Part shown: positions 1 through 9,819 of the stretch, piece after piece | Layout: each line of letters opens with the position of its first letter | Position numbering within the stretch: position 1 is the stretch's first letter | From: a virus | Taxonomy: Duplodnaviria; Caudoviricetes | Reading direction: 5' to 3' (one strand) | Virus record (IMG/VR): IMGVR_UViG_3300020440_000001 | Location: 1 to 44,041 of that record | Length of the DNA: 44,041 nucleotides | The notes under the pieces: model-generated | What the model saw: the letters and a program-made list of their open reading frames with translations, nothing else | Databases searched by the model: none | What the model was told of the DNA's origin: nothing | Program-made: the position numbers and the translations under genes

Positions 1-77
1 GCGCAAACAACTCTTGCATGAGCTGCATGACATCTGACCTCATCACAACCATGTCCTCGTTGACCAAAGACTCAGGA
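1..77. repeat. 77-bp terminal direct repeat (copy 1), circular-assembly overlap
   Basis: Bases 1-77 are identical to 43965-44041. The repeat lies inside a coding sequence that stays in frame across the join. Confidence 0.97.
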
Positions 78-3000
78 TCAATGCCGGTGCGCTTAGCAAG
101 TTCTTGCGCCAGTTCTGGCTCGCTTGCCAAAGCTCTAAGAAACCCAGAAAGCAGCGCGTCTTGATCGCCAGAGAAGGCGTTACTGATGGCCTTCTTGACA
201 TCTACGTCACTTGCGGTGTCGGTGAACGTGTGCCATGATTCGTGTGCAATAACGCTACGAAGTGCATCGTTGACCCTGCCGGGCTGCTGCTGCAGCTGGC
301 CAGCGTGCACAAAGTAAATTGATGTGCCGTCAACAATAGATGCAAGGAAAGGTCGGTTGGCAAACTGTTCGCCGTCAACAAACAGGACCTTGATGCCTTG
401 TCTTGCCAGTCCGTCGGCAAGAGCTTGAGCTTCTTGGTTGGGGGTAGTAACTACTCTGCCATCAGCAAGGCGCGACTTCAAAGCCTTGCCCAAACGACTG
501 CCTTCAACCGGCTGCGCTACGCCTTTTTCTTGCGCCGTCTTGTCCGCATTGGCAGCCTCTTGGGCTGCTCCACGGGAGTATCTTTGCGGTTCCTGTCCTT
601 CTTCGTATTCTTCTTCTTCAATTTCTTCCTCTGGAGAAACAACAGGGGTCAGCTCCTGCTGCTCCTGTGCTGCCTCTTGTGCAACTTCATTCATCAACAG
701 ATCAAAACGATTCTGGATGTCGTTTTCTGTGTCGCCGCTCTGCTCAAGCACAGCAAAAATAAGGCTGCTGTTTTCTTCTGACAGATCACCTGCAACGATC
801 TCATCAAGGATGCGAGCAGCTTCGAGCTCAGCACCAACTGTGTCCATTCCGTCAGAGATCAAAAGGTCAACCAGTCGATCTTCAACGATTCCGAGACTGA
901 ACTGTACTGGGTCCGTTTCTTCAGTAGCTTCAGGCTCAGGTACAATCTCAGGGTCAGCGATTGCGTCCACGTCTGCACCAGCCATCTCCGAAGTAAGCGC
1001 CGCTTCTTCACGAGTCTGCACACGCTCCAGTGATTCACTGGCCAGCGAGGTGAGTTTACGGATGGTCTTGATATCAAGTGATTCAAAGAAGTCTGCGACC
1101 GTATCTTCCCCCATGGCTCGCGCTCTCTCAATGAGAGCCTGCTTGTTGACTTTGCCGCCGCTGATCAGCTTGGTTTCAATCATGAATTGCACAAGAGGTC
1201 TTGCAACCAAAGCCAATTCGACCTTGTTGGCCAGACGCATCTTGAGCTTGCCAATGCTCACATCTCTGCCGATGGGCGTCTTGCTGTCGCCAAACAAATC
1301 TTCAAGTCTAATTGCCCCACCATTGGCACGCATAGCATCACCGATGTCATTAAGCTGCTGCACCGTGTAGACAGGGTTGCCGTCACGATCACGCAACCGG
1401 CGGAGGAACGTGATGGCTTCTTCGGGGTTCGCCATTCCGTTGATCTGGTTGACAACGTAAAGGTACGCGCTGTTCAGAGCGCCACCATGGCTGGGTCCAC
1501 CGGCCAATTGCTGACGCCGCATCAGGCGGAAGTAGCCAGCCTGCACGTCCTGCAAATTAGATTTGGTTGCGGTCTCGTTGCTAACCGTGTCGTCATAGTT
1601 GAGCACGGTTACCTGATCACCCACAGCAATAGGGTTGTGCTTGATCAGCTCCATCATGGAGATGCCAGACGTCACCGGACCAGTTGGCGCACCCACAGCA
1701 AATGCAACAACTGCTTCTTTATAGAGCTGCTGCATGTATTCGTCAGACCAAAAGTCATTTAGCTTGTCTGGGTCTTGACGGTAGTACGCAAGGAATGCTC
1801 TGCGCAACACACTGTCCATAGACTCCTGCACAGATTCACGTACGCCACCAATTGCAGTTGCTACACCCGCACCAACTGCTGCTCGCCCAAGTGTGCGTGC
1901 TGCAAATGTGTCCATGTCGCGGGACATGATGTTGGCAATCATTGGGCCAAGACCGGGTGCCCGCCGCACCAGTCGGCCAAGTCCGCCAGTGGTTCGTTCG
2001 GTGATGAAGGTAATGCCTGCGGCAACCATGCCGTCTGACAAAGCTTTCTCTCTGCCCTCGTTGGAAAGCTCACCGTTCTCATCCACAAACCCAGCAGACT
2101 GGTAATACTTCTGCCGCTCTTGGTACACCATTGCACCGCTAAAGCCAGAACCTGTCACTGCAAAAGACAAAAGGCCCAGACCTACAGGGGCAGCCAGTAC
2201 GCCAGCCCCAACCTGCACAGTCATCTGCGCCAAGCCTTGGCCGATTGCGTAGGCGTAGGAATCTCGGTCAGCTGTTGAAAGCCTGATGTCTATCTGGCGC
2301 TCAATGTTGTCAAGAACATCTTGCGTCTTAGATTCCAAGTTCTTGAGTGTATAAGACACTGCCTTGAGAGCGCCCCCCGTCTTGTCTAGACCAAGGCGGT
2401 GTGCCACACGTGCATACGCATTGACAGGCTTTTCATTGACAGCCATGCCAAAAGCAGCCAGCTGGAAAGGAGCCGTTTGGGCAAAATTAACCGCGCCCTG
2501 AGTAGCTCGTTGCGCCCAAAAGCTGAAGTCGCTAAGGCCACGCATGTTTTCTGCGACGTATTGCCCAAACCGAGTGTCGCCCGGGGTGTACGACTCTGGG
2601 TCTGCAACCATGAAACGCTTCCGAGCATTGATTGCAAGCTCTTCTTCACGCCTTTGGAGTTCCTGCTCTTCAAGTGCAGCCAGAGATTTTGTCAAGTTGT
2701 CCGGATCAAGTGCCAGATCTTCTGGATCGAGCAGCCGCGCTGTGTACTGACCTGAATCAGAACTGTCTAGTGCTCGTGCAATACGCTGAAACTGCTCACG
2801 GTCAATGGTCTTATCATCAGGCAGCTGGTCAAGAACTGACTGGTAGCCCGGCAACATGCCCACTTCCTCTTTACGAACCGTGCCGTCTTCACGCTTAGTC
2901 TGCACGTTGACCATGACACCCTGCGTAAAATCAGGGGTAAGAAAGTTCTTGGCGTTGGGGTGCAGCTTGTAGCCACGGTTGAGAAACTGCTGCGGCCCAC

Positions 3001-3265
3001 GGCCAAACGTAATAGTTTCAGTCAGACCTTCACGCTGGATCTGGCCACCCTGAAACGCCAAACTGAAGTCGCGCGCAGCCCGGTTGGCCTGCATCTTTGC
3101 ATCAATTGCTTGACGAGCCTGCGCACCACGCGCCCTTGTTTGTTCGCGGGCATAGCGTGCTTGCACATCAGCCTGCTCAAGCAGGTTTTGGTCTACGCTG
3201 ATGTTGTTGAGGTCAGGCTGTTCGGGAAGCTCAGGAAGATTGCCAAATCCGGGGTTGGTGCTCAT
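1..3265 (-). CDS. N-terminal 1,088 codons of the giant polyvalent (probably virion-injected) protein; continues across the origin into 43964-36805
   Basis: ATG at 3265 (MSTNPGFGNLPELPEQ...), 3 nt after the upstream stop. Read by eye with no stop down to position 1, and in frame with the 36805..44031 ORF. Contains Gly/Ala-rich hydrophobic helices, an acidic linker, RYSRG (569-583) and HESWH (230-244). Missing from the ORF track, probably because it has no stop inside the window. Confidence 0.9.
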   Translation of the reverse strand, partial: MSTNPGFGNLPELPEQPDLNNISVDQNLLEQADVQARYAREQTRARGAQARQAIDAKMQANRAARDFSLAFQGGQIQREGLTETITFGRGPQQFLNRGYKLHPNAKNFLTPDFTQGVMVNVQTKREDGTVRKEEVGMLPGYQSVLDQLPDDKTIDREQFQRIARALDSSDSGQYTARLLDPEDLALDPDNLTKSLAALEEQELQRREEELAINARKRFMVADPESYTPGDTRFGQYVAENMRGLSDFSFWAQRATQGAVNFAQTAPFQLAAFGMAVNEKPVNAYARVAHRLGLDKTGGALKAVSYTLKNLESKTQDVLDNIERQIDIRLSTADRDSYAYAIGQGLAQMTVQVGAGVLAAPVGLGLLSFAVTGSGFSGAMVYQERQKYYQSAGFVDENGELSNEGREKALSDGMVAAGITFITERTTGGLGRLVRRAPGLGPMIANIMSRDMDTFAARTLGRAAVGAGVATAIGGVRESVQESMDSVLRRAFLAYYRQDPDKLNDFWSDEYMQQLYKEAVVAFAVGAPTGPVTSGISMMELIKHNPIAVGDQVTVLNYDDTVSNETATKSNLQDVQAGYFRLMRRQQLAGGPSHGGALNSAYLYVVNQINGMANPEEAITFLRRLRDRDGNPVYTVQQLNDIGDAMRANGGAIRLEDLFGDSKTPIGRDVSIGKLKMRLANKVELALVARPLVQFMIETKLISGGKVNKQALIERARAMGEDTVADFFESLDIKTIRKLTSLASESLERVQTREEAALTSEMAGADVDAIADPEIVPEPEATEETDPVQFSLGIVEDRLVDLLISDGMDTVGAELEAARILDEIVAGDLSEENSSLIFAVLEQSGDTENDIQNRFDLLMNEVAQEAAQEQQELTPVVSPEEEIEEEEYEEGQEPQRYSRGAAQEAANADKTAQEKGVAQPVEGSRLGKALKSRLADGRVVTTPNQEAQALADGLARQGIKVLFVDGEQFANRPFLASIVDGTSIYFVHAGQLQQQPGRVNDALRSVIAHESWHTFTDTASDVDVKKAISNAFSGDQDALLSGFLRALASEPELAQELAKRTGIDPESLVNEDMVVMRSDVMQLMQELFA

Positions 3266-3268
3266 GCT

Positions 3269-5239
3269 TTACTTTCTCCTGTTGCCAGTGGCAGCGTCGA
3301 TTAGCCCTGCTGTTGCCGGTGCTCTTTGTCGCAAGCCCTCTACGAATGCCCGGCCAACTGCTCCGTCTTCTTTTTCCCTTGCCAGTTGTTCCGCTTGGAA
3401 CTCAACCTCACGGCTTTGGGCTCGCTGCCCAGACTGCGCGTAGATCGTGAGCAGAGCGTCACCAATGCTCTGCAACTCTGCAGAGGTACCGCGAGCCAAC
3501 TCAGATGCTTGCAAGTAGCGGTCGTAGTCCTCTTGTGACACAATTTCTTCTTCAGATCCGGGAAGCGGCCTTCGGAACTTCGTTGGGTCTTTCTGCAGCG
3601 CGCGAATAGAAATGTCGTAGCCGCCTGTCATGGTGATCTTGCGACCCTGCTCAAGCTCTCGGCCCATCATGGTAAGAGGCAGCTCAGCATCATACTTGCC
3701 CTCGCCAACCTTTGGCGCTTCCTGAGTTGTGCGGTACTGAACGTCACGTCTTGGGGTTGATGTTGCAGCCAGTGATTGCGTAGTGAGAGCAGGTTGACTG
3801 CCCTCGTACATTGACAACACTTTTTCTTCGTCAGAGAGCAGATCGTATTCTCTGCGTGTGATGGGATTGGCTGAGCCGGGGTTGACAATCGTGCCTTGCT
3901 GGACTTCTCTAGCAATGGTGGCAGACAGCTTTTGCATCTGCGATTCCACAGAGATCAACATCATTTGTTGTTCAGCAGTTTGTTCGTTGTACATAGCAAT
4001 AGCTTCAGCACGACTGGTCAATGTGCCATCGGGCTTTTGCAACCCAGTCACGCTTTTGACAAACTGGTTGAACTTGTCATCAGACAGAATTTCCAAAAGA
4101 CCTTCGCGTCGCAAGTTTGCTCTGTCGTACGCCTGTTGTAGCGGGAGGACCACCTCCTGCACGTCCGCGTCAACGTTAAACTCTTTCATGCGCGCACGCA
4201 TAAAGTTTCGGTAATCCATCATTACTGGGCGCGTTGGTCCCATTGTTTTGTAATCACCGCCTGCGGCAAATTCATCGAATTGCTTTTGCGCTTCGAGCAT
4301 CTGCTTCGTGTACGCTTCGTACTGCCGCTGCATTTCTGTCTGCCCAGTCGGACTTGCTGGACTGTTTGCTCTTCGATCCGCCGACTGGGCAGATGCCTGA
4401 CCGCGCTGAGTAGCAGTGAGTTCACCCAGAGATTGTTCCAGCTTTACTGAATAGTTCTGCAAGTCTGTTGCAAAGCTTGCCTGCGCTTCTTGCATTCTTT
4501 GCTGCTGCTCTTGTTGGACCAGCTGCACCTGCTGCGTGCGCACTTGTTCTTCAAGACCACGCGCCTCAACTTGCAAATTTAGCAAAGCGTCTGCACGCAT
4601 TTCATCGTCGAGCGCTGTGTTGCTATTGATTGCGTCCAAGTCACGCTGGATCTTGGTAACTTTCTGTAAGACTTCAGCATCTCCAGACTGAGAAGCAAAA
4701 GACTTTGCCATACTAATGAGTGCTGGTATTGACTGGACCAAGGTTTTTTGGCCTTGGGTCGGTCCTGCAGCTCCTGCAGGAACAACGAATGCGTTGCGGT
4801 CAGCATTAAACTCAACGTCGGTGAATCTGCCAACTTCTGCGTCATAACGTGCAAACTTGCCGCCGTCCATTTTGACAATCTGATCGTCAGTGAGTCCAGT
4901 AGTAGACGGCATACCCGATGCGTCCTTGGGAACGTCAATAGGAATGTTGAGGTTTACCGGTTCTTTGGGCGCAGTGGGCCGCTGGGCAATATCTTCCGGC
5001 CTCATAAAACCGCCTGCATAAGTCTGCCTACTGGCTGTGCCGCCCTTCACATTTGCTGCACGCACCTCTTGTGCTACATTTTGTCTTGCAACTTTGGCGT
5101 CTTCGACCTCTTGCTGCATTGCAGTCAAGTCTTGTGTGCCTAGATCTCGCGCCTTGCGCAAGCGTACCCGAGCCTGCGTCAACGCTTGACTCATCTGCCG
5201 TGACTTGTCTTGCAGGCGCTTTTGCTCAGGTGTTGCCAT
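3269..5239 (-). CDS. Putative internal virion/ejection protein (656 aa, Gln/Ala-rich, coiled-coil)
   Basis: Long ORF with TAATG coupling to the upstream gene. Helical composition and position just before the giant protein. No catalytic motif seen. Confidence 0.65.
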   Translation of the reverse strand: MATPEQKRLQDKSRQMSQALTQARVRLRKARDLGTQDLTAMQQEVEDAKVARQNVAQEVRAANVKGGTASRQTYAGGFMRPEDIAQRPTAPKEPVNLNIPIDVPKDASGMPSTTGLTDDQIVKMDGGKFARYDAEVGRFTDVEFNADRNAFVVPAGAAGPTQGQKTLVQSIPALISMAKSFASQSGDAEVLQKVTKIQRDLDAINSNTALDDEMRADALLNLQVEARGLEEQVRTQQVQLVQQEQQQRMQEAQASFATDLQNYSVKLEQSLGELTATQRGQASAQSADRRANSPASPTGQTEMQRQYEAYTKQMLEAQKQFDEFAAGGDYKTMGPTRPVMMDYRNFMRARMKEFNVDADVQEVVLPLQQAYDRANLRREGLLEILSDDKFNQFVKSVTGLQKPDGTLTSRAEAIAMYNEQTAEQQMMLISVESQMQKLSATIAREVQQGTIVNPGSANPITRREYDLLSDEEKVLSMYEGSQPALTTQSLAATSTPRRDVQYRTTQEAPKVGEGKYDAELPLTMMGRELEQGRKITMTGGYDISIRALQKDPTKFRRPLPGSEEEIVSQEDYDRYLQASELARGTSAELQSIGDALLTIYAQSGQRAQSREVEFQAEQLAREKEDGAVGRAFVEGLRQRAPATAGLIDAATGNRRK

Positions 5240-6474
5240 TAGAGCTTACTCACTGAAAGGGAAGAAGAGGACTGTCGAACGCTGCCGCCGTATTTTTTGA
5301 GTGAAGTCACAGACACAATTGTACCTGCTGCACTTAGGTCAAGCTCCCCGCCATACACTTGAACATCGCCCATCCCAAGGAACTCTGCTCCAGTAGACGC
5401 CCGCGCCTTGGTCATGTCTACGCGACCACCGTAGATAATCATGTTGGGGTTTGAACCGCCCAAGTCAGCATCGCTTTCGTGTGCATACAAACCACCCAAA
5501 ACTCTAATGTCAGAACCCTGCTGGCCGCTCATCACGCCAGAATCCTTTGTGGTGAATCTGCCTGACCCACTCAGAATCAAAGATGACTTATTGGCTTTAG
5601 CGCTTGCAGACAGAGCAATAGATCCGCTGTCCTGCACAATGTGTCCTGTTTCTGTAGCAGTTGCAGGAATGGTAATGCTGCACGCCGGACTCACGCTGCT
5701 TACGGTGATGGGGCAACCTGCTGCTACTGTACCGCTGGCGTCAAGAGTAATGTTGCCAGACACATCTGCGCCTACCAAAGATACCTTGGACAGTGTGCCC
5801 TTGACCTTGAGAGTTGCATTGTTTTTCGTGACCGTGACAACTGGATAGATGCCCTCAAAATTGTAGTAGTAGCCGGAGCCCGCCAGCTCCAAAGACTCGG
5901 ACCCAGAACCAGACGCAGGGTCTGTGTCAATTTTGAGAGGGGCGGTGGATGTGCCAATGTTGCCCCTGTATCCTGACGCCACTGTGAGTTGCCGAAGTTC
6001 TATAGCAGATTGGTCAAGGCCATACAGCACGTCGAACGAGCCATCAGTGAAGTTCACCAAGTCATCGTCAATAGGCACGGCGCTGCCGCTCCAATTGGCT
6101 GCAGTATTCCAGTCGTTGGGCCCAGCATTGGCTGTCGGGTCAGCCACGGTGTAGGCTGTGCTGCCATCGTCAGTGACTGCAAGGTAAAAAGGTCGGCCAG
6201 CAACCTTGGCGGTCACTGTTACGGTGTCAGTCGAAACTGTAAAATCAACTTGATTGAACAAGCTGAGGGCGCTGCCGTCACACGCGGCTTGAACTGCCGC
6301 AGCCGTAGTGTTGTTATTAGTGTCTGCAACTGTGTGTGTGATTGCCTGCGTACTGCCGTCTTCAGCAGTCATTGTTACAGTGACCACGTCTGAAGCAGCC
6401 GAAGTGGTAAACCGAATTGTCTTGACCTGAGCCACGGCTGTGGCCCCACCGTTCCATCGTCTATAGTTAGGCAT
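5239..6474 (-). CDS. Virion structural protein, beta-rich tail spike/fibre-like (411 aa)
   Basis: Thr/Ser/Gly/Ala-rich. NDWNTAANW..SAVP..DD.V.F motif followed by beta-helix-like repeats. TAATG coupled. Confidence 0.6.
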   Translation of the reverse strand: MPNYRRWNGGATAVAQVKTIRFTTSAASDVVTVTMTAEDGSTQAITHTVADTNNNTTAAAVQAACDGSALSLFNQVDFTVSTDTVTVTAKVAGRPFYLAVTDDGSTAYTVADPTANAGPNDWNTAANWSGSAVPIDDDLVNFTDGSFDVLYGLDQSAIELRQLTVASGYRGNIGTSTAPLKIDTDPASGSGSESLELAGSGYYYNFEGIYPVVTVTKNNATLKVKGTLSKVSLVGADVSGNITLDASGTVAAGCPITVSSVSPACSITIPATATETGHIVQDSGSIALSASAKANKSSLILSGSGRFTTKDSGVMSGQQGSDIRVLGGLYAHESDADLGGSNPNMIIYGGRVDMTKARASTGAEFLGMGDVQVYGGELDLSAAGTIVSVTSLKKYGGSVRQSSSSLSVSKL

Positions 6475-6794
6475 TACTGAAGATACACCGAAATATTTGC
6501 AGACGGATCAGCGGCCCCGTCTGCAGTGGTTGTTTTGAATCGGATGCTGTGCACACCCGTGATATCAAATGCAAACTCTCCCGCATCGCTGGCGCTGAAA
6601 GTCTTGCTTGAGGCAACAAAATTGGTGCCGTCTGCAGAAAGCTGCAGAGTGGCAACACCAGAGCCAAGACTGTAGGACTTGTCTGGATCTGGGTATATGA
6701 CAGCACCGAGGCGAGTGTACCTCTGTGCGTCTTGTGTCATGCTCACATCATCAGGAGCCGTCAGATTTAGTATTAGGTTTGCTTGAATTCCCAT
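6474..6794 (-). CDS. Small beta-sandwich virion protein (106 aa)
   Basis: LQLSADGTNF...IRF motif typical of small phage jelly-roll structural proteins. Lies in the structural operon. Confidence 0.6.
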   Translation of the reverse strand: MGIQANLILNLTAPDDVSMTQDAQRYTRLGAVIYPDPDKSYSLGSGVATLQLSADGTNFVASSKTFSASDAGEFAFDITGVHSIRFKTTTADGAADPSANISVYLQ

Positions 6795-7020
6795 ACTTCA
6801 CAATCTTGTTTAGCTTGTGCTGCCTGCTACTGCAGCCGCAGCCTTTCTTCTTAAATCTTCGGAGCGGGGTCTTGTTTATTGTGGCTGCAACCGTATCTCC
6901 AAGGCCCAGTGGCTTGTTGAATCCATGTTTAATGCAGCCTTCGCAGATCCTGTCGGTTACAGAATATGCGCGGTTTAGGCCGCATTGGTCGCCGTCACGG
7001 TATTTGCAAATTTCAGTCAT
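6751..7020 (-). CDS. Small Cys-rich phage protein with GLGDTV...CGC..RQ..LN motif (89 aa)
   Basis: ATG at 7020 overlaps the upstream stop (ATGA). The motif is a recurrent uncharacterised phage family. Confidence 0.65.
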   Translation of the reverse strand: MTEICKYRDGDQCGLNRAYSVTDRICEGCIKHGFNKPLGLGDTVAATINKTPLRRFKKKGCGCSSRQHKLNKIVKYGNSSKPNTKSDGS

Positions 7021-8360
7021 ATTGAATAAACCTGTGTAACTCGCCATTCTGGTAGAGGAGCAGACCTTAGGTAATAAATCCCAAACAAGGTGCACTCATA
7101 AAAATATCCACCTACCACGTCTTCGCAGTCATCAGGCACTGGTACTTGGTACGGAGAATATGCGTAGTTGATGCCGGGGTTAATCAGGTCAGGGCAACAC
7201 GCGCCCTCTCCTTCGACTGATATTTCTCCTGTAGACAACGCTGTGCAGGGGTCGAAGTACAAGTGATAATCAAAACGTTGGGGGGCGCAGGGTGGATCAG
7301 TTATAACCGAGTAACAAACCGGAACACTGTCTGGGTATGAGCCGCTGCCCCGCGCCTTTGAGTCAAAAGTAAAAAAAGCTGTTTCAGGATATTGAGTAAA
7401 GCACGCAGGCGCAGTACCGTCGTGGTGCCCTTTGCAAACAAATCCGTCCGCTTGTGAACCTGCAGGATAATCGTTGTAGAACGCTCTCTCTGAGGCAATA
7501 ATCCTGAACCCGAAGCTAGTTCCTATTGGGTAGCTGTAAGAAATATTTGTGCCCGGCTGGTTAGGTATTTGAATTTCTGGTGGATACTCTTGACTCGGCA
7601 ATGTGGACGTTTGCTGGTATGTGTGTGAGGTGTAGCAAATTATGTTCGTTTGTCTGTTACTTATGGTAAAGCGGTCATAGTTCAGCAAACCCGGGACGTA
7701 TTCAAAATGTGATATTTGTTGCAGCTCTACGCTTAATACTCCAAACGGAATTTCGTAGAAGGCAATTCTGAACCCCTGAGAATCAGACACTTCAGCTTGC
7801 AAACTAGCAGGCAAAGCGTATTCCGGCGCAGTTCTGGCAATGCTGTCTTGGCCCCACCAATACACAAACGATCCAACCATGTGAAAAACTAAAAAGTTGT
7901 CAGAACAAAACGGAGGGAAAACAACAAGGCTGTTGGTCTCTGTAGGATTTGCAGCAATTGTCGCGCCAGTTACCCTGTGGTGCGGCATTGGTCCTAATGT
8001 AGCATCGGGATCACAAATGGCGAAAGAATACAGAAAACCACTAAGGTCCTCAGTTATTAAATTTACCTCGTCAACAGTGCCGCCCAGCTCCTGCGCTACC
8101 TCTTCTAAAGTTGCAGCTTCCACAAAATCGCCGAGCCGCCAGTATTGACCGCCCCAGACCCACTCGTATCCGTCAAGCCAGTCATTGGCTAATAGGTACT
8201 CCAGCGTCACCTCGTCAATCTGCACCACAAAAAAATCTGGAATGGTTCGCCAGCCGCGTCGATACCCCTCGGGGCAAACCTGTGGTTCGCAAACGTAAAA
8301 TCCTGCTGTAGCAGGCTCATCGCCACAGCAGCAGAGCAGGCTTATAGCCCCTTCGCTCAC
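7017..8360 (-). CDS. Cys-rich tail-associated protein (447 aa, N-terminal CCC)
   Basis: Long ORF with ATGA overlap. LLCCCGD N-terminus, aromatic- and Cys-rich, visibly more AT-rich than flanks. Possible receptor-binding protein. Confidence 0.6.
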   Translation of the reverse strand: MSEGAISLLCCCGDEPATAGFYVCEPQVCPEGYRRGWRTIPDFFVVQIDEVTLEYLLANDWLDGYEWVWGGQYWRLGDFVEAATLEEVAQELGGTVDEVNLITEDLSGFLYSFAICDPDATLGPMPHHRVTGATIAANPTETNSLVVFPPFCSDNFLVFHMVGSFVYWWGQDSIARTAPEYALPASLQAEVSDSQGFRIAFYEIPFGVLSVELQQISHFEYVPGLLNYDRFTISNRQTNIICYTSHTYQQTSTLPSQEYPPEIQIPNQPGTNISYSYPIGTSFGFRIIASERAFYNDYPAGSQADGFVCKGHHDGTAPACFTQYPETAFFTFDSKARGSGSYPDSVPVCYSVITDPPCAPQRFDYHLYFDPCTALSTGEISVEGEGACCPDLINPGINYAYSPYQVPVPDDCEDVVGGYFYECTLFGIYYLRSAPLPEWRVTQVYSI

Positions 8361-8935
8361 TCAGCACACTCAACTCTGACATCAGGCTTGACGTAAGTAA
8401 CTGCATACACAGAAGCTTCGCCATCTGAACCGCTAAAGGTCCACGCCTCTCGGACATTAGGGGCAGCAAAGTTGTCACTGCCGTCATCAAAGTAAAAGGT
8501 TACAAGGCAACCACTGGGCTCTAGGTCAACACCAGTGATTGTGCCTTCAGGTGGCTCGGTGTCCAAACCATGAAATACCAGTGGAGACTCCGGTGCAATT
8601 GCAGCGGCAAGTGAGTTGCTCACTTCAAACAATTGTGGTGCAGCTTTGAGCCAGTCGGGCAGTCTTTCAATGTCGCCTTCAATGCCGCGGTATTGCTCCA
8701 AAGCAAAGCGACGGCTGGACGGCCCAAAGCTGCAAGTAATTAGCTCATTGTCCCCGCTCACTATTTCGCACGGCAGGGTGATTCCAGAGACGCCTGCAGA
8801 GAAAGCAAGGCGGTCACCAAGGTAGCCGAGGTCCGCCGTGGTCTGGTCAAGAGTACGCCGCAACTCTTCAATACGATCTTCCAAGGATTGGATGTATTCA
8901 GAAAACCCGTCAGATAGTGGAAATGGGACTGTCAA
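8357..8935 (-). CDS. Hypothetical tail-region protein (192 aa, N-terminal coiled coil)
   Basis: Overlap-coupled ORF (TTGA) in the structural operon. Confidence 0.6.
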   Translation of the reverse strand: MTVPFPLSDGFSEYIQSLEDRIEELRRTLDQTTADLGYLGDRLAFSAGVSGITLPCEIVSGDNELITCSFGPSSRRFALEQYRGIEGDIERLPDWLKAAPQLFEVSNSLAAAIAPESPLVFHGLDTEPPEGTITGVDLEPSGCLVTFYFDDGSDNFAAPNVREAWTFSGSDGEASVYAVTYVKPDVRVECAE

Positions 8936-9819
8936 AGATCAAGATTCCAATTGCTTTGTTCATACTCGTCTGAAATTGCTACAGCAAATTCCAAAGCTTC
9001 ACCTGTGTCTTCGTCTTTAGAAGCGACATTGAATCCCTGCATGGGGAACTTGTTCTGGTCGTGGATCAGACTCAAGTTGTAGTTGTACATTAAAAGCTCT
9101 GGAGGAGTCTGGCCTGTTGGGTCGATTGTGCCAATGGTTTTTGCGTTTGACGTGACGCCTTCCAACAACAGTGTCCCTGCTGGAAACGAATAACCAGCAA
9201 ATGAAATTGCCATACTGTTTGTTTTACGTAGGTGGGGGCCATAAGTTTCGACTGGGTTCTGTCCAATTTGAGATCTGGCAATTTTAATACGCACGCAATT
9301 TCTTGGAAACTGCTTAGTCCGCAATGTTTGGATTTCCGATTTATCGACAAAGATAGCTGTGTCCCTGCCGTCAATGTAGGTTCCAAAAGGTAGGCCCCGA
9401 CTATAAGTTTTGCCGTCGCCATCAGGATTGGCAGCCTTTGTGTATACGGGTGTTGGATACGTAATGACCTCGTACGAGGCCACATTTGTGCCGTCGCCAA
9501 CTACGCTGCGACCGCCGTACTCAACAAACAACTCCACAAGATTGCGTGCAACCTGACGTCCTGTGATTCTTTTGATTGGCAGAAGAGTGTGCCCCGGGGA
9601 GAACTGCCTGCGTGGCTGCTCAGAAACGTATGCGTCAACCGCACGCCGGATCATCACGGGGCCATCAATGTTTGGGTTTACGTTGTCGGTGTCAACAACA
9701 ATCATGGCACGAACAGTACAGCTGTCGCCAAGCGTATCGTCGGTATAGACACACCGCGTGCCGTCGTAAATCGACTCACGTACGTTGCCAAAACCCGGTG
9801 CATTGCCTAAGCCACTCAC
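8932..9819 (-). CDS. Tail-tip/distal-tail-like protein (295 aa)
   Basis: GTGA-coupled, beta-rich, with a TNS..ISFAG..F.AGTLLLEG motif. Function inferred from gene order. Confidence 0.5.
   Translation of the reverse strand: MSGLGNAPGFGNVRESIYDGTRCVYTDDTLGDSCTVRAMIVVDTDNVNPNIDGPVMIRRAVDAYVSEQPRRQFSPGHTLLPIKRITGRQVARNLVELFVEYGGRSVVGDGTNVASYEVITYPTPVYTKAANPDGDGKTYSRGLPFGTYIDGRDTAIFVDKSEIQTLRTKQFPRNCVRIKIARSQIGQNPVETYGPHLRKTNSMAISFAGYSFPAGTLLLEGVTSNAKTIGTIDPTGQTPPELLMYNYNLSLIHDQNKFPMQGFNVASKDEDTGEALEFAVAISDEYEQSNWNLDL

Noticed and set aside
1-77. Terminal repeat as a biological direct terminal repeat
   Set aside because: It is exactly 77 bp (a common assembler k-mer) and lies mid-gene, so it is best explained as a circular-assembly overlap.
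398-3538. Plus-strand ORFs (e.g. 438..1370, 1187..1762)
   Set aside because: Antisense shadows of the giant minus-strand gene; Ser-rich and without RBS.
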